Assembly (NCBI RefSeq): GCF_006345805.1
Contig: NC_043003.1
Span: forward strand, 42,160,001 to 42,224,000
Direction of reading: 5' to 3'
DNA: 64,000 bases
Origin: Octopus sinensis
Taxonomy: Eukaryota
The notes under the pieces were generated by a model. It ran no database searches. It saw only the letters and a program-made list of their open reading frames with translations, and was not told the DNA's origin. Position numbers and translations under genes: made by a program. Within the stretch, counting starts at the first letter, position 1; each line of letters opens with the position of its first letter. Shown piece by piece: positions 12,854 to 28,280 of this stretch.

Positions 12854-13306
12854 CCTCGCTCTGTTTCTCTCATCTCTTTGAGTGTGTCTGTATGTCTGTC
12901 TGTCTGCTTATATATACATATGATGAATGTATAGAACGTAGTTGTATGTAAAACCTCTGTTGGCATTTTAGTTATGAGTTCGTTTGCATATGTTTATGTG
13001 CTTCGTGAATATAGGCACGTACATTTAAATATCAATTTGTTAATCTATATACTCATATAGTCTGCGTGTGTGTGTGCAAAACTGTATCGGTGTATTCAAA
13101 TTTGTACATTGACACACATATATACGCATACGTATAAACACACACACACACATATACGAAGGGTTTCTCTAAGAAATTTCCACCTAAGAAACACACTCAG
13201 GTCTTTACTCAGTCCGGAGCTACAGTAGATGACACTTGTTCAACGTACTACTCACTCATTAGGGTTACACTCAAACCCATGTAGTCTTCTGGGTGACGAG
13301 ATTCAT

Positions 13307-13337
<31 letters not shown>

Positions 13338-14514
13338 CACAGACACACACACACAAAATCAGATTTTTATGTCTCAGAAAATAATTCGCGCACTGATTCA
13401 TAAATACCGGCTTCGCTGTCAATTCCACAAAAAGGTTTACAAAACAATCTAATGGTTATGAAGTGCTACTGTCAAAAGCACGATTCTTTTTATCTCCAGA
13501 AGTGATCTTCGTTGGACACGAGTCAACAGCTATTATTTTTATATGTATGCATTTACATATGTAACTAACTATGTTAGTATGTATGTATATGTATGCTTGT
13601 ACGTATATATATGTACACATTATATAAGCATGTACGGATGTTTTTGCTGTATGTATATGATTTCATATACATACAGAAAATATTTAATTCATGAATTTCA
13701 CACATATACACGCACATGCACACACACACACGTGTATATATATCACACTAAATGATATCATGATATGAACACAGATTTATGCATGGTTATACAAACACTC
13801 ATATACATATTCACAAATGCATTCGGACGCAAAAATACTTATATACGGTTATACAGTCAGGCATACATACATTGAACCACGCACATACATGCTCAACCAT
13901 ACCGTCGTAGATACACGCGTATGTACATATATAAATCTATAAAATATAATAACAGAAAACACAGGTACACACATATATCTAGACATACGCATATATACAC
14001 ATATATACATTTAGAAAGTAGTAAAGAAACATATCGATAGCAAATAAAACAACGAATAAAAGACAGGAGGTAGAAAGTGTTAAAGTGGATAGAAATATAT
14101 CGATTACTGTTGGAATAATTACGATCGAGTGTTATTGGATTTGTCTCGATTAGGTGATGTCAATTATCAACAAGAGATCGATAAAAACATTCTTGAATAA
14201 ACGCCATCTATAATGTCAGTGCGTTGTAATACAGAATATAAAATAATGGCAAAGTAGACTGATGAGAGGTGGAGTATGAGGTGAGAGGGAGGTGAGAAGG
14301 AGAAGGAGGGGGAAGAGGTAGGGAAAACAGATGGTGATGGTGATTGCAAAATGTTTTAATGACGCTTATAATGATTGAATCAACTATATAGTACTTCTGT
14401 ATTACAGTTATCTGGTAGAGATGAAAAGAAAAAACATATATATATATACATATATACGTCGCTTCCCCCTCTGTTTTTTGTCAAATATTACTGCTTATAA
14501 TAGTAATGGTGATA

Positions 14515-14915
14515 ATAATACTTCCAAATTTTTGGCACAAAATAAGCAGTTTTGAATGGAAGGGATAGTCAGTTATATCGACTCCAATACTTGACTGGTG
14601 CTATAGTTTATTGGTCCTGGAGGATAAAAAAAAAACAAAGTTGATCCTCGTGCAATCTGAAACCGGAACGCATTCAAGCGGAATACATAGAGCCAATGAT
14701 TTTGTCCAACTGAAGATACTGCCATCAAAATACTAAAACTGACCTCAAATGTTCGCTCGGAAGAGCAGCAATTTCGGGACAGGGGGTTAAGTCGATTACA
14801 TCCACTTCAGTGCTCAACTGGTACTTAATCTATCGAACCCGTAAGGATGAAAGGCAAAGTCGACCACGACAGAATTTGAGGTCAGAACGTAACGACGGAC
14901 GAAATGTTACTAAAC
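14515..14915 (-). mobile_element. Two adjacent degenerate SINE family B copies
   Basis: GGATGAAAGGCAAAGTCGACC core at about 14846 and a more decayed copy at about 14560-14690. Confidence 0.65.
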
Positions 14916-15794
14916 ATTAACAACAACAATGATGATAATAACAACAACAGCAACAACAACATATTTATGCATTTACTTATTCGTCACAATAGCAGTACTT
15001 CTTTATGGCAATGGCACCCGAGGGTTAAATGATTTAAGGGCTTACTGATTTAAGGGCCCCAATGTAACCTATGAAGCTGCAACCCGGGATTTTATAATGC
15101 CGTCAAGAATTCCCTGCTCCAATGTTCCCCAAAACAAAGAACCTTAAAAATATAAACACAAAAACACAAAACATTTAGGGTACACCCTGTGTTCAAGATC
15201 GATTTCAACTGTTATACGTATGATGTTGCTGGATGCTTGTTCTAAAACAGCACATTATTTTAAAAGCTATACGTTTATCCCAAGAATCTGATAGCCACGT
15301 AGGAACAAATCAGAGAGGGTCATTGCACCCAATAGATGAGAAGTGCATTTCATTAAATGTTGACCTATTAACCGCCTATAATAAAAATTACAGAATTTCA
15401 GAAATTTTCTCTCACCTAACCACGTTTTTTTCTCTCCCCACAGTTGCTTACTCATTTTATGTTAGAACAAAATAATGAAAGCGTATTTTATTTAGCATTT
15501 AAGTTTAGCGCATCATAGATACCGTTATCAGCATAGCAACCAGTTAAAAACACTGATAAGCCACGAAGCAGCGAATGAACTTCGACTTTTTCGAAAGAAC
15601 AACTTAATTTCACACATATCTCACCCTACTTATGAAAATGACATGGAAGTTACCGTGTTCTGAGCATCTCTTGAAAATATGCTCAGATAGCCTTTGTTCA
15701 AAAGTCTGCACAGTTAGAACTGAACAGGAACTAAATAACTACAAACGCATCATAATCATACCTTCAAGATTCATAGAGTTTGCGGGACGAGTGG

Positions 15795-16120
15795 GGTACC
15801 GTTATCAATTATTGAGACTTCAAAATCGATCGGCTTGAAAACTTTTTGCAGAGCACCTGAAAGTGATAGGGGTGGAGAAAGATATACTCAAACGGAGCAC
15901 TTTATTTGAGTGCTTCTATCAGAACGAACTCCACAGACGTCACTTGCTGGTCAGGTGGTGATTCTAAAGGTAGCCACGGGTTATATTCACAATATATCGG
16001 AGACAACGATTCTTCCAACGAAGTTACCGTTTACCGAATCTCACTTGCATAGATTAGTTGAATTCCATGGTAGGTTGGAAAAGGTTTACCTGCAGCACTT
16101 TTCCTTGGGGTCGAGAAAGA
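15795..16120 (+). pseudogene. Highly decayed non-LTR reverse transcriptase relic
   Basis: Frameshifted, collinear echoes of YRPISLL (TACCGTTATCAATTATTGAG), KLFER (GAAAACTTTTTGCAGAG), GFR..TDHL and ALFL.VEK (GCACTTTTCCTTGGGGTCGAGAAA). Confidence 0.3.
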
Positions 16121-16769
16121 AAGCAGATATTACAAAGACAAAATGTCATCTGAGCATTTTATGCCTGACCTGTTATAAAACTAGGATAGTGCTTCTTCAT
16201 GCAGAAGCTGATTGACGTAATAATGATAAAGCAAAGACATTGAAAATATATATTATTATAATTATAATGTATAGGACACACCTCACAGGAAACCCATGAA
16301 ATATTCAATTCTACATTTTCTTCTCATGTCCTCAGTATCTACTCGGCTATCTATCGATCTATATTATTATTTCTCAATGAATGTTTCAATTTCAAACTTT
16401 CCTAACTCTATTCCCCTTTCATACATAAATATATACATGTAGCTACGTACATACATATATACATACACAAACAGATACCATACATGAATACATACGTAAC
16501 ATAAAGCATACATGCCTACATACATAACATAAAGCATACATGCCTGCATACGTGCTTACAGATCGATTTAGTTTTTCTATGGTACGGAAAAGCAGTTTTG
16601 CTAATTATCTGTTTATTTATCGATTTATTTAGCGGCAAAACAATGAAACACCACTTCAAGTGATTGGTTTACATACACAAACACACACACACACACACTT
16701 ACACATACATACATACATACATACATACATACATACCTTCGCACATATATATACATACCTATATATATA

Positions 16770-16815
<46 letters not shown>

Positions 16816-17034
16816 GAATATATATTTACACAGTCACACATACATACACAATCATACACACTTATGTGTATATATATACATACCTCGAGAGAGGGAGAGG
16901 GATAGATAGATAGATGGGTATATATATATATAAAATCATATAGATATGTATATATATGAAAACACGCAAACACATACACACGCACATACACACAATTCCA
17001 TTTTTCTATATCTATATATTTCTATATATCTATA

Positions 17035-17094
<60 letters not shown>

Positions 17095-17823
17095 ACAAGT
17101 CTAATCGTTTTGAATTTTTGCCTATAAAGATATATTTAAATAAATGTGTCTAACTACTAATCCAACTGTCCATCTTTCTAAATTCCTATTACCCTATCGA
17201 TAAATCTATATCACATTCAAAACTTAACTGCAGTTATTTACAGTATTGATTTCAAGGTACGGTGAATATCTCTGTGAAATCTAAACGAGAAACTGAACAA
17301 GGAATGCACTTACGTTTCTAAACATTGATACCAAACGCAGACGCACGCACACAAACACACATTGCAGACACACACTGAATATATATGCAAGGAAGTCTGT
17401 GAACATACATACAGACACACATGTATACACACAGATACACACACATACACGCACGCACTCACCCACGCACCGACGCACATAGCATTGACGCATATATACT
17501 GTAATACTGCTGCGATGGTGAAAGCTTATTTACCAATATATCTTTTGTGGCAACAATACGTATAATTTTAGAGAAGGTGTGTATAAAATGCCAAGAAATA
17601 TACTTAACACATCTTTATTCTCTTGCACAAAGGAAATTCCCTTTCACTGTCCACAAGTCAAGCTATTTTGCTATTGGTAATATATAGCTATGAGAACTGA
17701 GCACGACATTTATGACGTGTATATTGCTGTAATTCAGACAAAAAATGTTACTGGCAAACATAAATGCAATTTGCATACATACATACATACATACATAATA
17801 GATAATATATATATATATATATA

Positions 17824-17899
<76 letters not shown>

Positions 17900-18685
17900 G
17901 TATGTATATGTGTGAGTGTGTGTGTTGTGCATATGCTGTATACGCAAGAATCGGTGGATTTTGATGACTCGTAAAAATTTTAATTCAAAATTCTGCATAG
18001 GTTTCATATGAAATCAAACCAGAAAACTGCCTCATTTTTTGTTAGGGTTGTAGAAATAACGTGTGATGAACATAACTCCGCAGTACAAAAAATATTAAAT
18101 TAAACAGAAGAAATGCATAGATATGCTCGGGATTTGCGAATGTCTCTATAACAATAAATTCTTTGTAGTCCCTTTGTAATCCCTTTTTAGCCTTTATTTC
18201 TTAAATGTTCATCCTATGATGGAGAAATGAATAAGGAATGCACAGAGAAACAATACTGAGAACGGATACTCGGTGAGGTTATTAGAAGAAGTTTAGAAAA
18301 TACGATAGATGAGAAACAGTACCGAGTAAATTATCATGAATCAGACACCTGCTCGAGCATATGGTATACTGACAGCAGCATGGCTAAGTCAGAACGATAA
18401 CGAATCGTTACTATGTGTAATGTGTATGATATCTGAGTCCGAAAGTGCTTGCATTTGAATATTCAGAAATATCAAATTCACCAGAAATGTTTATTCCATT
18501 GAGATCTCGATTTAGTCAATTAAGCTATAGAATGCATTCTAAATATAATTGTAAATTATATTCCCGCCATTGTTGATATATATTAACAATATAAATTGCA
18601 ATTTTCTCAAAGTTTGCCTGATCATTCTTTGATCTCTCTTTCTAATTATCTTTATACTAATGACAAGCCGGGATTTTCCTTAATA

Positions 18686-19067
18686 TATGTTCTGACAGGG
18701 ATTGCCTACCGTCTTCAGCAGCTTCACACAGCTGTCTAAGACCCAATTCAATATACACTGCTAGGTAAAGCTATTAGAAGCAGTGGGTACTCCCTGTCTG
18801 AAAAGGGTTTCTGCTGGAGGGCAGGTGAGGAAACAGAATTCGGCTCATTGCTGTACCTGTAGACAGGGCTGAATGATTTCTATAGCTTTACCAGACTCCA
18901 TTTCTCATTTCCTATTCTCCTGGATTGTAATCTCATAGATTACTATGTGTTAGGTTAGATTGAGAGATTCACCACCGTCCTGCCCGCAACACCAAGGCCG
19001 AGCTGATGGTCAAGAACAAGAATGTCTTGAAGCTGTGGTGGAAACTGACGGCAGCTTCTTTAAGTAA
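18686..19067 (+). pseudogene. Degenerate Tc1/mariner transposase C-terminus
   Basis: DFYSFT..DCNLIDYYVLG*IER..NTKAEL and LEAVVETDGSFFK-stop match the WPPNSPDCNPMDYYVWG...RLEAVVEAEG pattern. Confidence 0.6.
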
Positions 19068-19092
19068 ACTATTATCTCTCAGCCATTTTCTA

Positions 19093-19362
19093 GTTGATAT
19101 TCATCTGTCTTTACTTTATGAGTTCAAAATCCGCCGAGGTCAACTTTGCCTTTCATCCTCTCTGGATCAATAAATTAAGTACCAATTGCGTACTGGAGTC
19201 GATCTAATCGACTGGCCTCCTCCCCTAAAATTTAGGACCTTGTGCCTAGAGTAGAAAAGATTATCCAGTTGATATTCGTCTGTCTTTACGTTCTGTGTTC
19301 AAAATACGCCGAGGTCAACTTTGCCTTTCATCCCCCAAAATTTCGGGCATTGTGTAGTTGAT
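19093..19362 (+). mobile_element. Tandem SINE family B pair, second copy internally deleted
   Basis: GCCGAGGTCAACTTTGCCTTTCATCC occurs twice; AGTTGATAT at the start, junction and end. Confidence 0.75.
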
Positions 19363-20183
19363 ATATTTTATCAATTTTCATCGTACTTGTAATTTTGGAT
19401 GGGATACTGTTTTCTTTTCCTTTTATTCAAATAGTTAAATGTAACCTGAACGCCATGTATTTAAACACACACACACACACACACACGCACACTCACACAC
19501 AGACTCACACACACGCACACATATATATATACGTAGACGTAAACATACGTTAATACACTCTCATGTTGATTCTTGGGCGTTGAATAAATAGCACATTTGT
19601 CAACCACTTTATTGTGCACTTCAATGTATACTCATCTAAATGTGTATATGTGCGAGTATTTGTGTATGTGGCTATGTGCGTGTGCGTGCATTTGCGTGAG
19701 TGTGTGTGTGTGTGTACATAGTTACATAGTTGCGCGTGTATACCTAGTTACATACACACATCAATAAATTATAATCACAGCCAAGAACTAACCCGAAGAA
19801 CACACAAAAATTCCCATTCAACATGTGTGAAAATTTGATGAATGAAGAGATGGCAGAAGCGAATTTCCCGCCAGCATTAACAAGCAAAATATTAAATATA
19901 TTACGGATCTTCACTGAAGAACTATACATTAATGCACTAATGCAAATATTCAAAACATCCTTCATTTTTTTTTCTATCACACCATCTTTTATTATTTTTA
20001 TCGTTCTAATATTATTCCTTTTACTTCGAAATATACCTATTAATACGTCTTACCTTTAATTAATGGTTGACGTAAGACGTTAAGGGAGAAGCAGGCCATT
20101 CATTTGTGTCAATCGATTTTTCGAAAAAACGTGTACTTTAAGAGTATTCAGCAAATTGAGCAAAGTGCGATATATACGTATAC

Positions 20184-20254
<71 letters not shown>

Positions 20255-20295
20255 AGTGTGTGTGTGAGTGTTTGTGTGTGTGTGTATGTGTATAC

Positions 20296-20327
<32 letters not shown>

Positions 20328-20549
20328 TTATATTCGTATAAGTATATATATATATATATACATACACATATATATATATATTCACATATACACGCGCACA
20401 CACATATGTATGTATATGTACATACATGTATATATGAATTTATAATAGTGTATGTATGTGACCGTATGTTTGTGTTTGCTTGTACGTGTGGCTTTATACA
20501 AAGATATGTGCGATGATTATAACGTGACATGTATATGTGTGTATATATA

Positions 20550-20581
<32 letters not shown>

Positions 20582-20804
20582 TGCCCATGTAATAGAATAG
20601 TTACATTAAATAAAACAGATGTGCTATTTACTCGTAGATACCTAGGTACAAAAGAAAAAAAAGGCAATATGTGAACATTAATATAATTAGACTGTAAAAT
20701 TTAGCGGCCATAGTAATGGTTCAATGTAAGCAGATTGCTATATCCCATACTATCATGTACACTTTCATTCGCTATCTCCTTGCAGCATCCCACTCTCTCC
20801 TTTT

Positions 20805-20861
<57 letters not shown>

Positions 20862-20872
20862 GTATATATACA

Positions 20873-21018
20873 CGTGGTCTGATCAATAAGTATACAGACT
20901 GCTTTTATAGTAAAGAAACTAAAGCATACAAAGTGAAGCCGATAGGCACATATTGACCTTCGTCTCTGCTGTGCATGCGCACTAAGTTTTAACGTTCTAC
21001 CTCACTTCCGCTGTTTAC
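20873..21018 (+). mobile_element. Mariner 5' end fragment (same family as 42666-43569)
   Basis: GGTCTGATCAATAAGTAT TIR followed by matching 5' UTR sequence. Confidence 0.75.
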
Positions 21019-21042
21019 GTATGTGTATGTATAAAAATATAC

Positions 21043-21201
21043 GTCGCCCTTTTCAAGCCTAGCCAGGCTCAAGGGCCCGGTTTCCCGGTTTCTGTGGCGT
21101 ATGGTTTCCCCCCAGCTAGTCGGGACGCCAGTCCGTCGCAGCGTTACCCAAGAAATAGGATGAGTGATTGAGAGAAAGTTGTGGCAAAAGAGTACAACAG
21201 G
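21043..21201 (-). mobile_element. SINE fragment, family D
   Basis: Minus strand CTGCGACGGACTGGCGTCCCG..GAAACCGGGAAACCGGGCCC; shares a module with the SINE at 28942. Confidence 0.6.
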
Positions 21202-22842
21202 CGTTGTACTCTTTTATACGTATAAACGTATAAAAGTTTCTTTCTGTATCTTCTTAATCTTAATATTTTACTGGAATTAAGGAGTTGGTTTGTAACAAAC
21301 AAGAAAGTGTTGGCCGACAACAACGATTAATATTCCTTATCGATCTTTAAAAATGAATTGCATGTTTTTATTGTTTCTCTTACAATATCTGTAAGGTTCA
21401 TTTTAGCTGGTTATTTTCTTTTCTTGAAAATCACAGCTTCTCGAGATTGTGACTTAGGAATTTACTGTCATAACCAAGTGCACCAATATTTATTAGTATG
21501 AATGTGTATCTGTAATCAGAGTAATGAGCTGCCGATTTCGAAACATTTGTCTATAGATATTCTTGTTCCCGTTAATCTTCGAGAACGAAGTGTAAGCAAC
21601 CTCTATGACATGTTCATGACTTTCTCTCTCTTTTTAAAGTTCCAAATAAATATCTCAGATATGTTTCGTTCGTACTTCTTCAATAATCATGTATGTATTT
21701 ATGAATGTATGTCTGTATGTATCCCAGCATTGAATTTGTCATTGTAATGCTTTTTAGAATACACCACCAGAATGCATGAAAGTGCGTCTGTCAGGGGTGG
21801 GGGTGATATGATGGATTAAATGAGAATATACTATACGTGATAAATATTGATTAAAATACGTGAATGCAAATTTCATTTCGATTTTAAAGTGATTTGAAAA
21901 TGTGTTGTATAGGAAGATTGCGACTGTATTAGTAACATCCTGCATCAAATGACCCAAAACTGCAACAGAATATTTGATTTCTCGTGCCATGGATAATTGT
22001 ACAATCAAACTGGTTTGGACCGACATTCCATGCATTTACTTTTTCAAATCAACCCTAGGCTAAAGACTTCTGTGATGAAGATGGATGAGTCCCTATCGTA
22101 AATCGAGATCAAATAAGTGTTATTTAGCGCATGTATATATTGTAAAGTTATTGAGTTGTGATAGCATCAATATTGTACGATGAATTTCATATATGATATT
22201 CTACATCAAATTCTAATATATGATATAAGATACATGTAATAAAATTGCATTTATAAATATTTATCTACAGTCTGCACTGAACATATTGTTTTCTGTAATA
22301 TAGACATTATATATCGAGCTAATTGCTACTGCGTAAAGTATGTTTTTTCTTATGCCTTTCTAGACGTGCAGACGATCAAAACATGTGTTGAGTTTTTTTC
22401 ATTAATTCACACTTATGTCATAATATATGCTATCCTGGAACCATAAAATATAATTAAACAAAAAATATATGAAATTGATTGAAATCCGGCCCGACCAGGA
22501 GCATTTGATCCCATGAGCCAAATCAGTGTGGGGAATTTTCAAACAAGGACATGAATATCAGAGCAATGATATCTTACAAGCTGAAGCTGCATTGCCACAT
22601 ATTATTAATCTATTTCACCTCGCTATCGCATTCTTTATAAATTTATATTCGATGTATCACCGTGTCCGTAAGCACACTGACGAACACGTTACTAAATATA
22701 TATATTTTTATAGAAAAATAATTTATCAATTGATGTACCTATATGTTCATATTTCATACGATGTTTAATTTTGGCTATAACCCTTCTCATATATACCCCC
22801 CCCCCATATATATGTATACATATATATATATATATATATATA

Positions 22843-23488
22843 CATATTCAGAGAGAGAGAAAGAGAAACAGACAGAGAGACAAACAGACAAAGACACACT
22901 GAGAAAAATAAAAATAATATCCGAGTTAAATGACCGTGTAAGTAGATCGATCGATAAACTATTTTGATGCATAGGTTTGTATAGGCTGAAGTAATGTTGT
23001 CTGATTAAATCTCAATATCGAGTGATACTCCCCCATATATCATACAGGCGCAAACACTTACATAAGTGCGGCTACCAACTTATATATGCGTGAGTTCATA
23101 TGCTATATAGAAATATAAGTATATATGTAGTATGTGGATTCAAACAATGGACATGTTATATATATATATATATACATATTCAGAGAGAGAGAAAGAGAAA
23201 CAGACAGAGAGACAAACAGACAAAGACACACTGAGAAAAATAAAAATAATATCCGAGTTAAATGACCGTGTAAGTAGATCGATCGATAAACTATTTTGAT
23301 GCATAGGTTTGTATAGGCTGAAGTAATGTTGTCTGATTAAATCTCAATATCGAGTGATACTCCCCCATATATCATACAGGCGCAAACACTTACATAAGTG
23401 CGGCTACCAACTTATATATGCGTGAGTTCATATGCTATATAGAAATATAAGTATATATGTAGTATGTGGATTCAAACAATGGACATGT
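22843..23488. repeat. Tandem duplication, 332-bp period
   Basis: 22843-23156 is repeated at 23175-23488 with no differences found by eye; (TA)n at both ends and between. Confidence 0.95.
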
Positions 23489-23504
23489 ATATATATATAA
23501 TATT

Positions 23505-23536
<32 letters not shown>

Positions 23537-24640
23537 ATTAAATAATTCAATTACGCGCACTTCTAGTTTGTAAGTATTGAATTTGAATGCTGCCATCTTA
23601 CCTTTTGTGAAATTTTGCGTTAAAAATGAGTCTTCTATGATTACGTTGTCACTAATAAACAGTAAGATCGAATGTAAAGTTTTTGTCGACCGCAATATTG
23701 CAAATACTGCCAACATATAAATATCACCGTTTTTATTGTTTTTGTTTTGTTTTGTTTATTTTGTTGTTTTTCTTTTGTATTTTCTCTTTTTATTTCCATT
23801 TTCGCCACAGTCAGTCAAGACGGACTTTACGTCAGGAGTCTACATACATGTTGAATTTCTTGGCTTGAACATACATGTCCATTTGTATAGGGAAATAAAA
23901 AGTTTTTTTTTTACTCACTTTTACAATACAATAAGGCGTCAACTTTGTATGGGGAGTTGCGTTATTGCATACTTTGATCCCTAACAATAACTGTTATTGA
24001 TTTCACCTGCCTCAGAGGTCATATAGAATTTGCTCAGGTAGAATTTTGAAGACAGCAGATAAACACAACAACTTCTTCAATATCACCTACAACAGTGAGC
24101 CACATTTCTTTGATATATGGTGACCATAATGCTATTTAGAATCCCCTACATAATTCTGTTCAGGGTTTTTGTTTAATATAAATAGGACAGTCTGAAATAA
24201 GTTAAAATAGACTAATCTATAATATAATAAACAGCACCACGTATTTCGTGGTAGCTATTTTAATGATCCACAAAAGAACGAAAGCTCTAAGCGTATTTCA
24301 ACCACAAGAAACATAGACATATACTTCAAGCAACAATTTATACCGGCATTCTAGCATTTTTACCAAGTCAACGTGTAATATAAAACATTTTCTACTACTT
24401 GGTGTACAACATACAATTTATCTAAAAACATATTTGTTCAAATTTCTAGCATCGAGCATGGACATTTCTGTACAGAGGATGATTATAGTAAATTATACTG
24501 CAAACATGTCTCACAGAGATCCAGCAGAAGCTTAATAAATTATACAAAATTATTGTTTCATAAAAAGTGAGTTCAGAGCATGCGCAAGTACATGTTCTTG
24601 CAGCTATATATGGCCTATTTCATACTAGAAAAATATATAC

Positions 24641-24680
<40 letters not shown>

Positions 24681-25009
24681 ATACACATGCGTGTGTGTTT
24701 ATGTGTGTGCTTTGTGTCTTTGTATGTGTGTCTATGTGTGTGTGTGTTTCGTGCCTTCGTGTGTATGTCTTCATATGTGCTGTACCACTCATGCGACTGT
24801 GTTCCAAATTAATAGATATTTATTGAGAATTTTCTTCATATTTTCATATTTTCAGCCATATTGCATAGAATTTTACAAAAGAAACGAGAAATGAGAAACC
24901 AATAGAATTCTTAACAGCAAACAAAGAAGCAACACTCGTACAATAATACTGGGAATTACATTTTAAATGATTTTAAAAATAATTTTAACGACGTTTTCAG
25001 TTATTCTTT

Positions 25010-25215
25010 TATTCCTTTACTTATATCGGTGATTTGACTGCGGTCATGCTGGAGCATCACCATGGAGGGTTCTAATGGGGAGATTGACCACAGGACTCTT
25101 TTTTAAGCCTAGAACTTATTTTATCGGTCTTTTCTGCCAAAACGCTAGAAACAGGAATGTAAGCACCAGCATCGGTGGTCAAGCAGTGATGAGGTGACAA
25201 ACATAGACACAAAAA
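25010..25215 (-). mobile_element. SINE family A 3' half
   Basis: GACTGCGGTCATGCTGGAGCA and AAGCCTAGAACTTATTTTATCGGTC are reverse complements of the family A tail. Confidence 0.7.
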
Positions 25216-25351
25216 TACACATACACACACACACGCACGCAGATAGATAGATAAACATACGCGCATAAGCATACACACAGGTACATAGTTTAAGCTAATG
25301 ATGTTCATAAGATAATCAGTCTTTTCTTTGTCATCTATTTTTCTTTTATAC

Positions 25352-25363
25352 ATACACATATTC

Positions 25364-25449
<86 letters not shown>

Positions 25450-25450
25450 A

Positions 25451-25506
<56 letters not shown>

Positions 25507-25850
25507 AATCTATCTATCTACCTACCTATCTATATATCTATCTATCTATCTATATATATATATATATACATATATATATCAATCTATCTATCTATCTATC
25601 TATCTATCATCTATACTCCTCTCTCTCTTTATATATATATATATACATATGACTCAGTCTGTATATCTGTCCATCCGTCCATCCATCCATCCATCCATTT
25701 CTCTCTCTCTCTCACTCTCTTCATATATATATATATATGTATATATATGTTTGTATGTTTGTATGTATGTATGTATGTATGTATGTGTGTGTACGCATGT
25801 ATGTATGTATGTATGTATGTATGTATGTATGTATGTATGTATGTATGTGT
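25352..25850. repeat. Compound (TATC)n, (TCCA)n, (TATG)n microsatellite block
   Basis: Direct reading. Confidence 0.9.
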
Positions 25851-27534
25851 ATACGCTACAGAACAGAAACGTCAGCTCACAACAAAATTTCTCTAAAGAT
25901 TTCCAGTAGAAGAGGTCTGAACCCGAACTGTTTATATACAAATTAAAAGTACAAATCTTCGATTCGTATTATTTCTTATAATTTTCATTGTTTTTTTTAC
26001 TTATAAACAAAATTAAAATTCTTTACTATTCTTGTGCGTGCGCGTGTGTGTGTGTGTGTGTGTATATGCATGTATGACTATTTGTGTTTGTATGTATGTG
26101 TTTATGTATATGTATGTCTCTGTCTGAGAAAACGTAGATCAAGCTCTTTACCATAGCCGATGGCATCTGTAGATCTACGAGGATTTGTGTTGTCCTCAAA
26201 CAGCACAGTTTGTATAAACATACACAATATACCACAATCACTTCACCACATTCACATACATGCACATAAGCGCGCACACACACGTACCACAGATACTATG
26301 AAAAGACACATAGTTACTCATATAATGACACGCTCTAGTCAACACACAATTTCATGCGCAAACTCACATCCGCAAAAATCACACATAAACCAGAAAGACA
26401 CACGCAGCCATAATGTTACATCTACGTCATACGCATAACAAAGATGGCTTCTTATATATATAAGCATGTACACAATACCCCCGCAGCTACAGACAAATGT
26501 ATTATACATAAGAATGTGTCTGTCTGTGTGAACCAGTAATGAGTTTAAGCGTCTGCATATGATTGTATGTTTTTGTGTGTACATGTGTGCGTATTTCTAT
26601 GATCATGCCTGCGTGAATTATGTGTGCGTTTAAGTGAAGTGGTTGATGGTGAACGCATTCCGTGACACTCCCCACCAAAACAAGGACCAACTCATCACTG
26701 CAGTCTGCAAAATTCTCAAATATCCAAAGCAATTTAATTTAACGCTTTGTGAAATATTTTGTAATGTAAACTCATTCCTAGCGAAATCCATTTACATCTC
26801 TAACGTAGATAGATACGATATGTCTACACGCGCACACACACACACACACAAACACACACAAGCGTATACACCAACACACAAACACTTACTCACATACGAA
26901 CACTCATACATATACTCACTCAACATACGCGCTTATATATATACACAAACACACAATGATAGCCTGTCAAAGAAATATATGTGTTTCTGCGCGTACGTTC
27001 ATAACCGCATAGAGAAAGAGCAGAAAAGTTGAAGAGACAGGAATGGTAGAAAGATAGAAAAGAGAAGAGAAAATTTAAAGCACAAAAGACTGAGTATCAT
27101 AGACACACGAACAAAATGAACTAAAAATGACTTGAAAAGAGAAGATAAAGACAACGGTATATCACACGCCTTCCAACATTACGCTATTCATTGCCCCACC
27201 AGCATCGCCATCAGCAACACCAACACCACCATATACATAACAACACACTTCTCTGAAAAATGTAAATATATATGAAATAGATTGACTTATAGAGATATAT
27301 TGAAACACTATTGACAAACTAGACTATTGATCTACGCAAACATACACAAACACACACATATACATGCAGTTCTATGTATTATATGTACACATATATATGT
27401 GTGTGTGTGTGTATGTATGTGTGCATGTATGTGTGTGTATATATGTATATGTATATATATATATTTATATACACATACATACATACATACATACATACTA
27501 CATACATACATACATATATACATACACATGTATA

Positions 27535-28040
27535 GGTGCAGACGTGGCTGTGTGGTAAGAAGCTTGTTTCCCAACCACATGGTTCCAGGTTCAGTCCTAC
27601 TGCGGGGAACCTTAAACTTGGACAAGTGTCTTCTATTATAGCCTCGGACCGACCAAAGCCTTGTGAGTGGATTTGGTTGACGGAAACTGAAAGAAGCCCA
27701 TAATATCCATGCATACATACATATGTATGTATGTATGTATGTATTTATGTATGTATGTATGTATGTATGTATGTATGTATGTATGTATGTATGTATGTAT
27801 GTATGTATGTATGTATGTGTGTGTGTGTGTCATTGTGTCTGTGTTTGTCCCCCCACCATCACTTGACAACCTCTTTTGGTGTGTTTATGTCCCCGTAACC
27901 TGGCGGTTCGGCAACATACCGATAGAATAAGTACCAGGCTTACAAAGAGTAAGTCCTGGGGTCGATTTCTTGGACTAAAAGGCGGTGCTCCAGCATGGCC
28001 GCAGTCAAATGACTGAAACTAGTAAAAGAATAAAAGAATA
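27535..28040 (+). mobile_element. SINE family A, full length, with expanded internal (TATG)n
   Basis: Head, body and tail match the 7031 copy; internal tract about 27710-27830. Confidence 0.9.
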
Positions 28041-28134
28041 TTCATTTTACGTTGTCTGTTCTAATTCATAGGCAGCCATTTCGTTGTTGGTTTCGAGATG
28101 GTGGGAAGGCTCAATACCGTAGATGCGTCTAACC

Positions 28135-28280
28135 GTTCATTTTTTTTTCTACTCTAGGCACAAGGCCCAAAATTTTTGGGGGAAGGGGTCAGTCGACTTG
28201 ATCGACCCCAGTATGCAACTGGTGTTTAATTTATCGACCCAAAAGGATGAAAGGCAAAGTCGACCTCGGTGGAATTCTAA
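28135..28280 (-). mobile_element. SINE family B fragment
   Basis: ATCGACCCAAAAGGATGAAAGGCAAAGTCGACCTCGGTGGAATT. Confidence 0.8.
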
